Position numbers and translations under genes: made by a program. The notes beneath the pieces were generated by a model. It saw nothing but the letters and a program-made list of their open reading frames with translations. It was not told where the DNA came from and made no database searches. A stretch of 64,000 nucleotides of DNA from Pseudobdellovibrionaceae bacterium (GTDB lineage: Bacteria; Bdellovibrionota; Bdellovibrionia; Bdellovibrionales; UBA1609): positions 3,133-67,132 of the forward strand of contig JAAOIK010000043.1 in NCBI GenBank assembly GCA_015163855.1, in the 5' to 3' direction. This document shows positions 1 to 9,291 of this stretch, piece by piece; the stretch's first letter is position 1; each line of letters opens with the position of its first letter.

Positions 1-685
1 TAAAAAACTCATCGGGCTTTGCCATTTCTAAAATTTTACCATCAGCCATAAAAATAACACGATCTGCCACCTCTTTTGCAAAGCCCATTTCGTGGGTTAC
101 TACAACCATAGTAATATTTTCTTTAGTTAGCTCTATCATAATATCTAAAACTTCTTTTACCATTTCGGGGTCTAGGGCCGAAGTAGGTTCGTCGAACAAT
201 AAAATTTTTGGTTGCATACACAGCGACCTAGCAATAGCGACCCTTTGTTTTTGTCCTCCAGAAATTTGCCCAGGATACTTGTAGGCTTGCTCTTTTATTT
301 TTACCCGGTCTAAATAAAACAACGCCCTTTCTTCTGCTTCTTGCTTAGAAACTTTCTTTACCCAAATGGGCCCTAAAGTTAAATTTTCCAAAATAGTTAA
401 ATGCGGAAATAAATTAAAGTGCTGAAACACCATGCCCACTTCTTCTCTAATCTGATGAATATTTTTAGCATTACTATTTAGCTCCGTCCCCGAAACTACA
501 ATTTTTCCCTTTTGATGCTCCTCTAACCGATTAAGACATCTAATCATAGTCGATTTTCCCGAACCCGAAGGCCCACAAACCACTAAAATTTCCCCCTCAT
601 TAACGGTTAAATTCACATCCTTTAAAACATGAAAATCCCCATACCACTTATTAACATCGGTTAAACTAATAATATTATCACTCAT
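1..685 (-). CDS. aapP: Polar amino-acid ABC transporter ATP-binding protein (AapP/GlnQ type); 3' end runs off the window start
   Basis: Own translation of the minus strand from ATG (685..683): [46 protein letters not shown] (Walker A), [16 protein letters not shown] (ABC signature), [14 protein letters not shown] (Walker B). AGGAAGGAG RBS lies 6 nt upstream. Absent from the ORF track because it is open at the window edge. Confidence 0.9.
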   Translation of the reverse strand, partial: MSDNIISLTDVNKWYGDFHVLKDVNLTVNEGEILVVCGPSGSGKSTMIRCLNRLEEHQKGKIVVSGTELNSNAKNIHQIREEVGMVFQHFNLFPHLTILENLTLGPIWVKKVSKQEAEERALFYLDRVKIKEQAYKYPGQISGGQKQRVAIARSLCMQPKILLFDEPTSALDPEMVKEVLDIMIELTKENITMVVVTHEMGFAKEVADRVIFMADGKILEMAKPDEFF

Positions 686-715
686 AAAAAACTCCTTCCT
701 TTTTACCACTTAACT

Positions 716-825
716 TTATTTACAAAGGGAGAGTCTTAGTTAATTCAAACCCTCTGGCGACTCAGCCCAAAGGGGTGCCAGAGCCCGAGGGCTTGAATTA
801 ACTAAGACTCTCCCTTTGTAAATAA
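716..825. repeat. Long perfect inverted repeat (hairpin/cruciform) between aapM and aapP. The apical ~48-nt module (747-794) is shared with the hairpin at 50594-50683.
   Basis: 716-748 (ttatttacaaagggagagtcttagttaattcaa) is the exact reverse complement of 793-825. Pairing continues at 750-754/787-791 with one A.C mismatch. Apex core is cgactcagcccaaaggggtgccagag (758-783). The right arm overlaps the last 28 nt of the 798..1838 CDS. Confidence 0.85.
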
Positions 826-1838
826 GTTTCTAAATATTGAGCGTACTTTCCCATCATAAAACATAATATAAAATAAATAGCGGCGATAAATAAGTAAGCT
901 TCTACGCTGAAGCCTACCCAGCTAGGGTCAGTCACCGCTGCTTTTGCCGTGTACATTAAATCAAATAAAGCGATGATTACTAATAGTGATGTGTCTTTAA
1001 AAAAACCAATAATAGTATTTACTGTGGGAGGGATTACTACTTTTAAGGCTTGAGGTAAAACAACTTTTCGCATTTTTTGGTAATAGTTTAAGCCTAAACT
1101 TTCGGCACCTTCGTATTGACCGTTGGGAATAGACTGCAACCCTCCCCTAACAATTTCTGCCATGTAGGCGGAGAAAAACATAATCATGGCTACTTGGGCG
1201 CGAAATAGTTTTCCAATTTCTACACCCTCTGGCAAAAATAATGGAAGCAACACTGCAGACATAAATAATAAACTGATTAAGGGAATACCTCGAATAAATT
1301 CAATATATAAAATGGATAAGTATTTTAATAAAGGCAAAGAGCTTCTTCTAGCTAAGGCCAGTAACACTCCTAAGGGGTAAGCTACTACTACTCCGCACAC
1401 AGAAACAATAATAGTTAACAGTAAGCCTCCCCATTGTTCGCTATCGACTAATGCTAAACCAAAAAAGCCACCTCGAATTAAAAAAGCACAAAGTAATAGT
1501 ATTACTCCAAAGTAAGAAAAATTTTTAACATGCCAATGTTTTGGATGTTTAATGTAAGAAATAAATCCTGCAAATAATAAAAAGGCTAATGCTGGTCTCC
1601 ACAATTTATCGTCGGGATACAAACCTACTAAAATATATTGAAATTTTGCCCTAATAAACGACCAACAAAACCCAGAACTCGCCCGACAAGTGTCAGCGTC
1701 TCCTTGCCAAACTCCATTAACTATAAAGTATAAAAATAAATGATAAAAAACATACAGTAGCCCAGTAATTAGCAACACGCTAACAGTAGAATTAAAATAG
1801 CCTTTAAATAAATTATTTTTAATATTTTTAAAATCCAT
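798..1838 (-). CDS. aapM: Amino-acid ABC transporter permease (AapM/YhdY-like)
   Basis: Polytopic membrane protein with the His/Glu/Gln/Arg/opine permease signature region EFIRGIPLISLLF ... AYMAEIVRGGLQSIPNGQYEGAESLGL...VVLPQALKVVIPP. It follows the second permease with a 1-nt gap. Confidence 0.88.
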   Translation of the reverse strand: MDFKNIKNNLFKGYFNSTVSVLLITGLLYVFYHLFLYFIVNGVWQGDADTCRASSGFCWSFIRAKFQYILVGLYPDDKLWRPALAFLLFAGFISYIKHPKHWHVKNFSYFGVILLLCAFLIRGGFFGLALVDSEQWGGLLLTIIVSVCGVVVAYPLGVLLALARRSSLPLLKYLSILYIEFIRGIPLISLLFMSAVLLPLFLPEGVEIGKLFRAQVAMIMFFSAYMAEIVRGGLQSIPNGQYEGAESLGLNYYQKMRKVVLPQALKVVIPPTVNTIIGFFKDTSLLVIIALFDLMYTAKAAVTDPSWVGFSVEAYLFIAAIYFILCFMMGKYAQYLETYLQRESLS

Positions 1839-1839
1839 A

Positions 1840-2802
1840 TTACCGTTCTACCAAGGCGATTTTTTTATTATACCAATTCATAAAAACAGCAGTTAATAAC
1901 GAGAAGGTTAAATACACTAATAGAATTAATAAAATAACTTCTAAAGCTTGCCCCGTTTGATTCATAATGGTGTTGGCCACCGAAACAAAGTCGGGATAAG
2001 CAATAGCCACCGCTAAAGAACTATTTTTTGTTAAATTTAATATTTGACTCGTTAAAGGGGGGATAGCCACTCGCAAGGCTTGTGGAAAAATAATTAATTT
2101 AATGGTTTGCCAAGACGATAAACCTAAAGTGCTTCCCGCCTCCCATTGCCCTTTAGAAACACTTAACAAGCCCGCACGAATAATTTCTGCAATAAAAGCT
2201 GCAGTGTAAGTTACTAAACCAAAAAGTAAGGCAGAAAATTCTATGGATAAGGTGCGGCCTCCTTCAAAATTAAATGCTTTTAATTGCGGATAAGACCAAC
2301 TAAAACTACTCCACTCAAACCAAGGAATGGCAACTCCCCGGTTAGAAAAAAAGGCTCCCGCAAAAGAAAAAGCCTCTTGAGGAGCTGGTAATAAACTGCT
2401 CATAAGAGTGTACCAAAAAAATAATTGCAGCAACAACGGTGTGTTTCGCATTACTTCTACATAGCTACGACAAATTTTTTCTACCAATATGTTGGAACTT
2501 AAAAGGCTAATTCCCACTAATATCCCTAATATAAGAGCTAAAAAATTACCTAAGACAGATACCTTTAAAGTGTTTAACACACCTGCGGTTAAGGCCTTTT
2601 TATAAGTGTCAAAAGAGGAGTACTCTATTAAGCTTTCGCTAATTTCAAAACCAGACTCTTCTTGCAAAAAGCCAAAGCCTGAAGAAATATTTTGAGCGGC
2701 AATTTTTTGTTGTGTGCTGTAAGCTATAAAACCTAATGTGCCAATGACAAACAGCAAAATAATAATTTGAATAATATTTTTTTGTTTCATATCTATGCCC
2801 AA
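1840..2802 (-). CDS. aapQ: Amino-acid ABC transporter permease (AapQ/YhdX-like)
   Basis: Motifs RNTPLLLQLFFWY and AAFIAEIIRAGLLSVSKGQWEAGSTLGLS...IIFPQALRVAIPPL are typical of the polar amino-acid permease family. It lies between the binding-protein gene and the second permease gene. Confidence 0.88.
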   Translation of the reverse strand: MGIDMKQKNIIQIIILLFVIGTLGFIAYSTQQKIAAQNISSGFGFLQEESGFEISESLIEYSSFDTYKKALTAGVLNTLKVSVLGNFLALILGILVGISLLSSNILVEKICRSYVEVMRNTPLLLQLFFWYTLMSSLLPAPQEAFSFAGAFFSNRGVAIPWFEWSSFSWSYPQLKAFNFEGGRTLSIEFSALLFGLVTYTAAFIAEIIRAGLLSVSKGQWEAGSTLGLSSWQTIKLIIFPQALRVAIPPLTSQILNLTKNSSLAVAIAYPDFVSVANTIMNQTGQALEVILLILLVYLTFSLLTAVFMNWYNKKIALVER

Positions 2803-2886
2803 CTAAAAACTAAAATTTAACCTATAGTCCCTGTATTTTGTAACAATACTTTTTTTGTTTTTAACTAATACGCAGGGGCTAAATAC

Positions 2887-3879
2887 TTATTTCATTGGCG
2901 GAGCATACATTAAGCCAGACTTTGTCCAAAGATTATTTAAGCCTCTTTTAATTTTTAAAATCGATTTTGCCCCAACATTTCTAGAAAAAATTTCTTTATA
3001 ATTACCCACTTGTTTAATAATATTATAAGACCAACGAGAGCTTAAGCCCAAAGCTTTTCCGTTACCCTTAGTAGCGCCTACAAATTTTCTAACATTTAAA
3101 TCTCTAGATTTTAGGTGTTTGTGAATGTTTTTAGAATTTAAACCCAACTCCTCTGCAGTAATTAAAGCATAAACCGTCCACGAAACAATATCTAACCACT
3201 GATCATCACCATGGCGAACCGCTGGAGCTAAGGGTTCTTTAGAAATAATTTCTGGCAAAATTTTAAATCCCGATTTAAATTTAACACTAAAAGTAGCAAG
3301 GCTAGATTTATCTGCTGTATAAGCGTCGCAAGCTCCTTGCACAAAAGTTTTAGTAGATTCTTCAAAGGACTCAAACACCTTTACCTTTAATTTTAATTTA
3401 TGCTTTCTAAAATATGCCGATAAATTTTGCTCAGTACTAGTGCCCTGTTGAGTACAAATGGTTGCTCCACTTAAATCTTTAACAGATTTAGCCTTAGATT
3501 TTTTCTTAACAATAAAGGCTTGCCCGTCATAATACATAACTGGAGCAAAGTTAAACCCTAAATTAGTTTCTCTGCTTAAATTTCTAGTGGTGTTTCTAGA
3601 CAAGACATCAACTTCTCCCGACTGAAGAGCGGTAAACCTTTGTTGAGCGCTTAAAGGAACAAACTTTACTTTATTAGGAGAGCCAAAAATGGCCGAAGAC
3701 AAAGCTTTACAAAAATCTACATCCAACCCAGACCACTTGCCCTTACTGTTGGGGGCAGAAAAGCCTGTTAAGCCCGTACTAACTCCACACTTAATTACTT
3801 TATTTTTTTTTACGCTAGACAAGGTATTAGCCTGAACAGATAGGGGTAATAACAACAAGGTTACCAAAAAAATCTTCAT
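2887..3879 (-). CDS. aapJ: Periplasmic amino-acid-binding protein of the ABC importer (AapJ/YhdW-like)
   Basis: Signal peptide MKIFLVTLLLLPLSVQA. Family-3 solute-binding features (IKCGVSTGLTGFS, VDVLSRNTT, GTSTEQNL). First gene of the J-Q-M-P order. Confidence 0.8.
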   Translation of the reverse strand: MKIFLVTLLLLPLSVQANTLSSVKKNKVIKCGVSTGLTGFSAPNSKGKWSGLDVDFCKALSSAIFGSPNKVKFVPLSAQQRFTALQSGEVDVLSRNTTRNLSRETNLGFNFAPVMYYDGQAFIVKKKSKAKSVKDLSGATICTQQGTSTEQNLSAYFRKHKLKLKVKVFESFEESTKTFVQGACDAYTADKSSLATFSVKFKSGFKILPEIISKEPLAPAVRHGDDQWLDIVSWTVYALITAEELGLNSKNIHKHLKSRDLNVRKFVGATKGNGKALGLSSRWSYNIIKQVGNYKEIFSRNVGAKSILKIKRGLNNLWTKSGLMYAPPMK

Positions 3880-3915
3880 TTAAAATCCTTTTTTACTTAA
3901 GTTAAGCTAACTCAA

Positions 3916-5229
3916 TTAAGTATTTTTAGCAAGAGGCGTAACTGCAATCTCTAATGGCTCTTTACTATCTAAAGAGTCTAATACTTCTACCGACTGAAGA
4001 CGCCTAGACATGGCGTTGGTTCTTTTATGCTCTAGCTCTTCTAATGAGCCGCTGACTGTGCGTAATTGTTTATTTACCTTAGCTAATTGAGCGCTAAACT
4101 TTTCAAACTCGCCCTTAACAGAAGCTAAAACTTTCCAAACTTCACTACTTCGCTTTTGCAAGGCTAAAGTTCTGTATCCCATTTGCAAACTGTTTAAAAA
4201 GGCCGACAAAGTGGTGGGCCCCACTATGGTAATATTATGTTTTCTTTGTAGTGTTTCAAATAAGCCAGGGTGCCTTAGCACTTCGGCATACAAACCCTCC
4301 ACTGGCAAAAACATTACTGCAAAATTAGTAGTATGAGGTGGGTCTAAGTATTTTTCTGAAATTTCTTTAGCAAATAGCTCTATGGATTTTAATAGTTTTT
4401 TTTCTGCTATCTCTAACGCTGCCTTATCTCCAACATCATATGCAGATAATAATCTGTTATAACTTTCTAATGGAAACTTAGAATCAATGGGTATCCAAAG
4501 TTCGGCACCTTTTTCATGGCCTGGTAGTTTTACCGCATACTCCACATTAGCTTGGCTACCTTTTTTAGTGGCCACATTGTGAGAGTATTGTTGCGGTGAT
4601 AAAATTTGTTCTAAAATATTACCCAACTGATATTCTCCTAAAATACCTCGAGTTTTAACATTAGATAAAACTTTTTTTAAATCTCCAACCCCCACTGCAA
4701 TATTTTGCATTTCGCCCAAACCTTTGTGCACTAGCTCTAACCTTTCGCTAACTTGTTTAAAAGATTCTCCTAAACGCTTTTCTAAAGTGCTTTGTAATTT
4801 TTCATCCACTGTTTTTCGCATTTCTGTAATTTGTTTGTTGTTATCTTCTCGAATATTTTTTAACTGCTCGTCGACCACCATCCTAAGATCTTTTACTGCC
4901 TCTCGAACATCTTGCCGATTATCTAACAGCATTTTATTAGATTCTTGTCTGGATTCTGATAATATTTTTACTAACGAGTCTTGAAAGGATTTAAAAATTT
5001 CTCTTAACTCTTTGCGGCTCTCTGACCCTATGCTTCTGTTATCTGTCTTTAAAGTAACAAATTCTTCTTTCATGCGCCCATCAATATTAGATACAAAATC
5101 TTTATAAAACGGCGAACTAGAATCTAAATTCCACTTATTTTTTAATTCTACATTACTCTTCCAAAGAAAATATAAACTCAAAATTATTATTACACTTAAC
5201 CCTGCTAGCACAATAAACCCTAATACCAT
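3916..5229 (-). CDS. rmuC: DNA recombination protein RmuC
   Basis: N-terminal TM helix, a long coiled-coil, then an RmuC-type C-terminal domain (VEYAVKLPG..LWIPIDSKFPLESY, FAVMFLPVEGLYAEVL, ITIVGPTTLSAFLNSL). Confidence 0.85.
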   Translation of the reverse strand: MVLGFIVLAGLSVIIILSLYFLWKSNVELKNKWNLDSSSPFYKDFVSNIDGRMKEEFVTLKTDNRSIGSESRKELREIFKSFQDSLVKILSESRQESNKMLLDNRQDVREAVKDLRMVVDEQLKNIREDNNKQITEMRKTVDEKLQSTLEKRLGESFKQVSERLELVHKGLGEMQNIAVGVGDLKKVLSNVKTRGILGEYQLGNILEQILSPQQYSHNVATKKGSQANVEYAVKLPGHEKGAELWIPIDSKFPLESYNRLLSAYDVGDKAALEIAEKKLLKSIELFAKEISEKYLDPPHTTNFAVMFLPVEGLYAEVLRHPGLFETLQRKHNITIVGPTTLSAFLNSLQMGYRTLALQKRSSEVWKVLASVKGEFEKFSAQLAKVNKQLRTVSGSLEELEHKRTNAMSRRLQSVEVLDSLDSKEPLEIAVTPLAKNT

Positions 5230-5239
5230 TTATAACCTC

Positions 5240-6331
5240 CTATGATTTACTAACAAAATTAAAGTCTAAAACTTTGTATTTATGTTCTTTTAATTTTTTT
5301 TGTAACGAAATTTTTTTCTCTGCATCAACCCAAACCAATACACAACCCCCAGCTCCCGCTCCACAAACTTTAATTTCTACACCGCCCCATTGCAAAGCAA
5401 CGCTGCGTAAGCTTTCTATTTCTTTAGTAACAAACCCAGAGTTCAATTGCTTTCTTAAGCCCAACTCTTTAATAAATAATTTTGGTATATTAGAAAACCA
5501 CTTTTTAGCAAAATCCTCGTTTTTTGAAAAATTTTCTTCTAGCTGACAAAAACATTTTTTCATTTCTTGGGAGACTTCTGCCAAACCCTGCAGTGCCAAA
5601 CTTACCGATTTAGATCCATCTAAATAATCTCTAATAATTTTCCAGTTACTAATTCCCGAATGGTGAGGTTGACCTGTATAAACTAACACTAAATGCTTGG
5701 CTAAGCTATTTAAATAGGGGGCAGTTAAAAGATTGTCCACAAAGCCTTTTGGGCCGTAATCAACAATGTGCAAACCCTCCGTAAGGGCTGGAAAATAATC
5801 TTGTGTTCCTGTTGGCATTTTTAAAACTTTAGCCTCTAAGTTAGCCGCAAGGTTTACTATTTGGTTTTTAAAAAGCACACCTTCATTTTTTTCTAAAATA
5901 TCTTCTAGTGGCTGAGTACAAAAATTATGCTTAGCTAACTCTTTAAATACTTTTATTAAACTAATGCACAAACTAGAGCTAGCCCCAAGCCCTGCCCCAA
6001 TAGGGCTTTCGGATTGAACAATGAGTTTAAAGCAAGTGCTGGGCTTTGGTTTCCAAAACATTAACTGAGCTTGTACCAAAGATAGGTGCTCTTCTTTGCT
6101 TTCTAAACACTCGGCTAAAGAGGAAAAACAATAGGCTTTATTTAAGTCGGGCAACTCGATACTGATGCCCTTTTTTTGTAAAACCAACTCTACCTTTGTG
6201 TAAATATCAATCGATATATTTATAGTGCTCACTGGTAAAAAATATAAATACAATGGCCAACAGTCCAAAGTGCCACCAGATAGATCTACCCTTGAGGGAG
6301 ATTTTGCCTTACAAGAGTTAAAAAGTGCCAA
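5240..6331 (-). CDS. GHMP-family sugar kinase (fucokinase/heptose-kinase-like); TTG start
   Basis: N-terminal SPSRVDLSGGTLDCWP, GHMP ATP-binding motif ESPIGAGLGASSSLCISL and C-terminal KVCGAGAGGCVLV. Substrate cannot be assigned. Confidence 0.7.
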   Translation of the reverse strand: MALFNSCKAKSPSRVDLSGGTLDCWPLYLYFLPVSTINISIDIYTKVELVLQKKGISIELPDLNKAYCFSSLAECLESKEEHLSLVQAQLMFWKPKPSTCFKLIVQSESPIGAGLGASSSLCISLIKVFKELAKHNFCTQPLEDILEKNEGVLFKNQIVNLAANLEAKVLKMPTGTQDYFPALTEGLHIVDYGPKGFVDNLLTAPYLNSLAKHLVLVYTGQPHHSGISNWKIIRDYLDGSKSVSLALQGLAEVSQEMKKCFCQLEENFSKNEDFAKKWFSNIPKLFIKELGLRKQLNSGFVTKEIESLRSVALQWGGVEIKVCGAGAGGCVLVWVDAEKKISLQKKLKEHKYKVLDFNFVSKS

Positions 6332-6340
6332 GTTACAACC

Positions 6341-7720
6341 TTATTTTTTTTTCTGCTTTTTAGACTTTAATAAAAAAGCTTTTGTTAAAGCCTTCCACTT
6401 TAAAGACGAGACAGTAAAATATTCTTGCGAATTTTTTAAATCTAAAAGCACTAAATCTTTTAAATTATTTTTCTTTTGCGAGCTTATGTAACCACGCACC
6501 TGTATGCTTGCTACAGGCTTATTTTTACTAGTAAAAGATAAGCTCTCTAAAACCATTGGCTTTTTTATAGTTTTTTTAGGTATAAACTTAACTACTTTTA
6601 ACTGCGCAATAGAGGAAAATAAATGCTCCACTTTTTTCTTTTCCCACGGCTTTTGTTTTGAAAAAAACCACTGCCCTTTTAACAAATGCCAAGCGCTTCT
6701 TTTTCGCTTACCCCTTTGATAAAAAATAGCATCTACACTATTTGTGTTTATTTTAAAAACAGAAGATCGGTCTCTTATATTGTCTAAAGATACTGACAAA
6801 GACTTGTAGTCCTTTTTAAAAAGACTATAAATAGTGCTTCTTTCAGAGGTTTTAGCATAGGTAAGTGACTTTTTTCTATCTTGCGCTATTGCGATGGTCC
6901 AAATTTTCTTAGCTTTTAAAAAAACAGACAAAACAAGTTCTGGGTTTAATAATTTGTATTGTTGTAAAAGTTTTTTAGATTTTTTGCTGTTTTCTTTGAT
7001 AAATGTTTTTGCCTCTAAATGCTTAATGGTAGAAATAAATTCATCTACTTTTTTTTCATCTAAATTTATCAAATTATTTTTAAAAGAATTTAACGCCCCC
7101 TTCCACAAATTGTTTTTTTTATATAAAACAATCCTGCGGCCTTTCTTTTTAATAATTATTTTGTCAAAACTTCCTTTTAAGAAAAATAATTTTTTAAGTC
7201 TAAATAAAGAAAAAGTTTTTTCTGTAATAAAATTTAAATGCGAGCTAGCTAAAAATAAATCTTTTTTTTCGCCAAGCAAAACAAAGCGTCTTTTGTCAAA
7301 AGACTTTGCCCCTAAAAATAGCTGCTGTATTTTTTTATTATTAGCATCATAAAAAACTATTTTTCTTTTTGGAGAGTCCAATTGATAATTAACTAGATTT
7401 TTAGGGCTAGTAATTTTTTCTTTTTGAGTAGTAAAAAGCTGTCTTAAAAAGATACTGGTAACCACAGGGTCTGCTTTATCCTGAACATTGGCCTTTGTAA
7501 CAAACCACTTCTTTTTTTTTCTTGTTAACTTGTAGTCTAATTGTGATTGTAAATAAAAGTTTATGCCCGAAATAGATCTTTTACTAATGTTAGAAAACAG
7601 TTTTCCAGATTTTTGTTTTTTATTCGCAATGGTTTTAGTTTTTTGAAATTCAAAAAAACTAAACAAGCCTAAAATTAAAAATACACTTAATAAAATGCCA
7701 TTTTTTTTAAACCACTTCAT
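6341..7720 (-). CDS. Lys-rich membrane-anchored protein, DUF4340-like (position-based call)
   Basis: Single N-terminal TM (GILLSVFLILGLFSFF). It sits immediately downstream of a GldG-like gene, the usual position of DUF4340 proteins. I recognise no catalytic motif. Confidence 0.4.
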   Translation of the reverse strand: MKWFKKNGILLSVFLILGLFSFFEFQKTKTIANKKQKSGKLFSNISKRSISGINFYLQSQLDYKLTRKKKKWFVTKANVQDKADPVVTSIFLRQLFTTQKEKITSPKNLVNYQLDSPKRKIVFYDANNKKIQQLFLGAKSFDKRRFVLLGEKKDLFLASSHLNFITEKTFSLFRLKKLFFLKGSFDKIIIKKKGRRIVLYKKNNLWKGALNSFKNNLINLDEKKVDEFISTIKHLEAKTFIKENSKKSKKLLQQYKLLNPELVLSVFLKAKKIWTIAIAQDRKKSLTYAKTSERSTIYSLFKKDYKSLSVSLDNIRDRSSVFKINTNSVDAIFYQRGKRKRSAWHLLKGQWFFSKQKPWEKKKVEHLFSSIAQLKVVKFIPKKTIKKPMVLESLSFTSKNKPVASIQVRGYISSQKKNNLKDLVLLDLKNSQEYFTVSSLKWKALTKAFLLKSKKQKKK

Positions 7721-7732
7721 AAGCTATCACCT

Positions 7733-9289
7733 TTAAGCATTTCTGCGACGAAACCAAAGCACTGTTGCTAAAATTAAGGATAAAAGAGGTATAAAAATAC
7801 CAAAAACTATTAATATTTTCGAGTCAGAACTAGTTAAAGTCACCTTAGTTCCCTTTGGTTTTTTGGGCTTAATATTAATTAAGCTGTCTTCTTTTAATAA
7901 AAATTCTAAACTGTTTAAAGCCACTCTGCTGTTTAAATTAATACCCCAATCCTTATTAGAAAGAAAGTCACTATCCCCAAAAATTACCCCTAAAAATTTC
8001 TTAGCCTTTGTTTTTGCTTTTTTTATAGGCAAAATGCTTCCTTCCACACTGACTCCAAGAATAATTCCTCGCTCTTTTAAAGAGGCTTCTTTAATAGCTT
8101 TTTCTGACAATTCATTAACAGAATAGCTGTTGGGCGCGCTTTGTACCAAAAATTTTACTTTTAGGTGCTCTTCCCTTAAAGGTGCTGGCACCAACTCACT
8201 AGCTAAATCTAAAAGCATAAACTGCTGGCCTTCAAAATCTTTAGTAATAGAACTCGTCTTAGAAAAAATTAGCCCCAAAGCTCCTGCCCTACCTCTTCCT
8301 TTAACCTGCAGCCTGTTGTTCATAGTATAATTATTTTTAAACTCCACCCCTAAGCTTTTAGTAAGTAAGGCTAAGTTATGCTTAGTCCCTGGGTCTATAG
8401 CAAGAAAAAGACTTCCCCCTTTTTTAAGAAAACCTAATAACAAGTCTAGCTCTTGAGCTAAAAATGCTCCTCGAGAACCTATAATGGCTATGGCATCGGC
8501 GTCATCGGGAATGGCTAAACTTTTTATTAAGTTTAATTCTTTTGCTTTAAAGGAAAAGTCTTCTAAAGCTAATTTAAAATTACTAAGACCGTTTAAGCCT
8601 GTTCCTGACAAAGATCGCTCGCTATGACCAGTAATAAAGTAGATGGTAGATGTTTTATTACGCGTTAATTTTACAATAGCTTTCGTGATTTTTTCTTCAT
8701 CTAAGGGAGCTTTTATTTTTACTTTCTTTTTTAAATATTCTGCAAACACTACTGCCGTCTTCATTTGTGCAATGTCTTTTAAATATTCTTTGGCCGAAAT
8801 ATTATCTACATAAGCATCGATAGATTCAACGGAAATGTTTGTGCTCGCCTGCTTATACATATTTAATTGATTAATAATTTCTACCTTACTAGGCTTGTCT
8901 TTTTCTCCTCGATAAAAAATTTTAAATCGAATAGGCTTTTTTAAAGAATTTAATACAGCCACTGTTTCTTTTGAAACAGAGTTAATTTTTCCTTGAGTTA
9001 AATCCCACGATGTTGAGTATTGTACCGCCAGGTAATTTACAAAAGACAAACTAACAAAGAACAGCAAAACAGCACTGAACATATTAAGTCCGTTTTTTGT
9101 GGTTTTCGTTGTTAAAAATTCAAAATAAAATTTTACATCTACCAAAAAACCAACGGTAGAACTAACTAAAAAAATACCCAAGGGGAAAAACATAAAATTT
9201 AGCCAACCTCCCAAGATAAAGCGAGTAATAGCTAACAATAAAACAGATAAACCAGCGACAATAAGTAATACTTTTCCTAAGCGACTCAT
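7733..9289 (-). CDS. ABC-transporter auxiliary component, GldG-like
   Basis: N- and C-terminal TM segments flank a large periplasmic domain containing IYFITGHSERS (the IYFLxGHGE motif of the ABC_transp_aux/GldG family). It follows the ABC-2 permease with a 2-nt gap. Confidence 0.7.
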   Translation of the reverse strand: MSRLGKVLLIVAGLSVLLLAITRFILGGWLNFMFFPLGIFLVSSTVGFLVDVKFYFEFLTTKTTKNGLNMFSAVLLFFVSLSFVNYLAVQYSTSWDLTQGKINSVSKETVAVLNSLKKPIRFKIFYRGEKDKPSKVEIINQLNMYKQASTNISVESIDAYVDNISAKEYLKDIAQMKTAVVFAEYLKKKVKIKAPLDEEKITKAIVKLTRNKTSTIYFITGHSERSLSGTGLNGLSNFKLALEDFSFKAKELNLIKSLAIPDDADAIAIIGSRGAFLAQELDLLLGFLKKGGSLFLAIDPGTKHNLALLTKSLGVEFKNNYTMNNRLQVKGRGRAGALGLIFSKTSSITKDFEGQQFMLLDLASELVPAPLREEHLKVKFLVQSAPNSYSVNELSEKAIKEASLKERGIILGVSVEGSILPIKKAKTKAKKFLGVIFGDSDFLSNKDWGINLNSRVALNSLEFLLKEDSLINIKPKKPKGTKVTLTSSDSKILIVFGIFIPLLSLILATVLWFRRRNA

Positions 9290-9291
9290 AA

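Noticed and set aside
758-783. A perfect sigma-54 -24 hexamer TGGCAC on the minus strand inside both hairpin cores (CTCTGGCACCCCTTTGGGC).
   Set aside because: The -12 element is absent or mis-spaced: GG-N11-GC in copy 1 and no GC in copy 2. The similarity is therefore probably fortuitous.
1186-1380. Plus-strand 60-156 aa ORFs embedded antisense in well-supported minus-strand genes. Examples are 1186-1380, 4724-4984, 5274-5546, 6894-7352, 7863-8330, 12571-12837, 14460-14930, 15854-16579, 18651-19157, 20533-20823, 25643-25930, 54560-54859 and 55213-55593. The reverse cases inside plus-strand genes include 35934-36377, 47966-48214, 48622-48825, 49078-49335, 49702-50320 and 61064-61258.
   Set aside because: Each lies entirely within a gene whose product has clear family motifs. 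Their translations are low-complexity (S/L/F/K-rich) with no recognisable motif, as expected for shadow ORFs in AT-rich DNA.
3916-5229. RmuC as a possible marker of an anti-phage defence locus.
   Set aside because: It is a standard full-length RmuC flanked by a transporter operon and a sugar kinase. No nuclease, helicase, methylase or other defence-type partners are adjacent.
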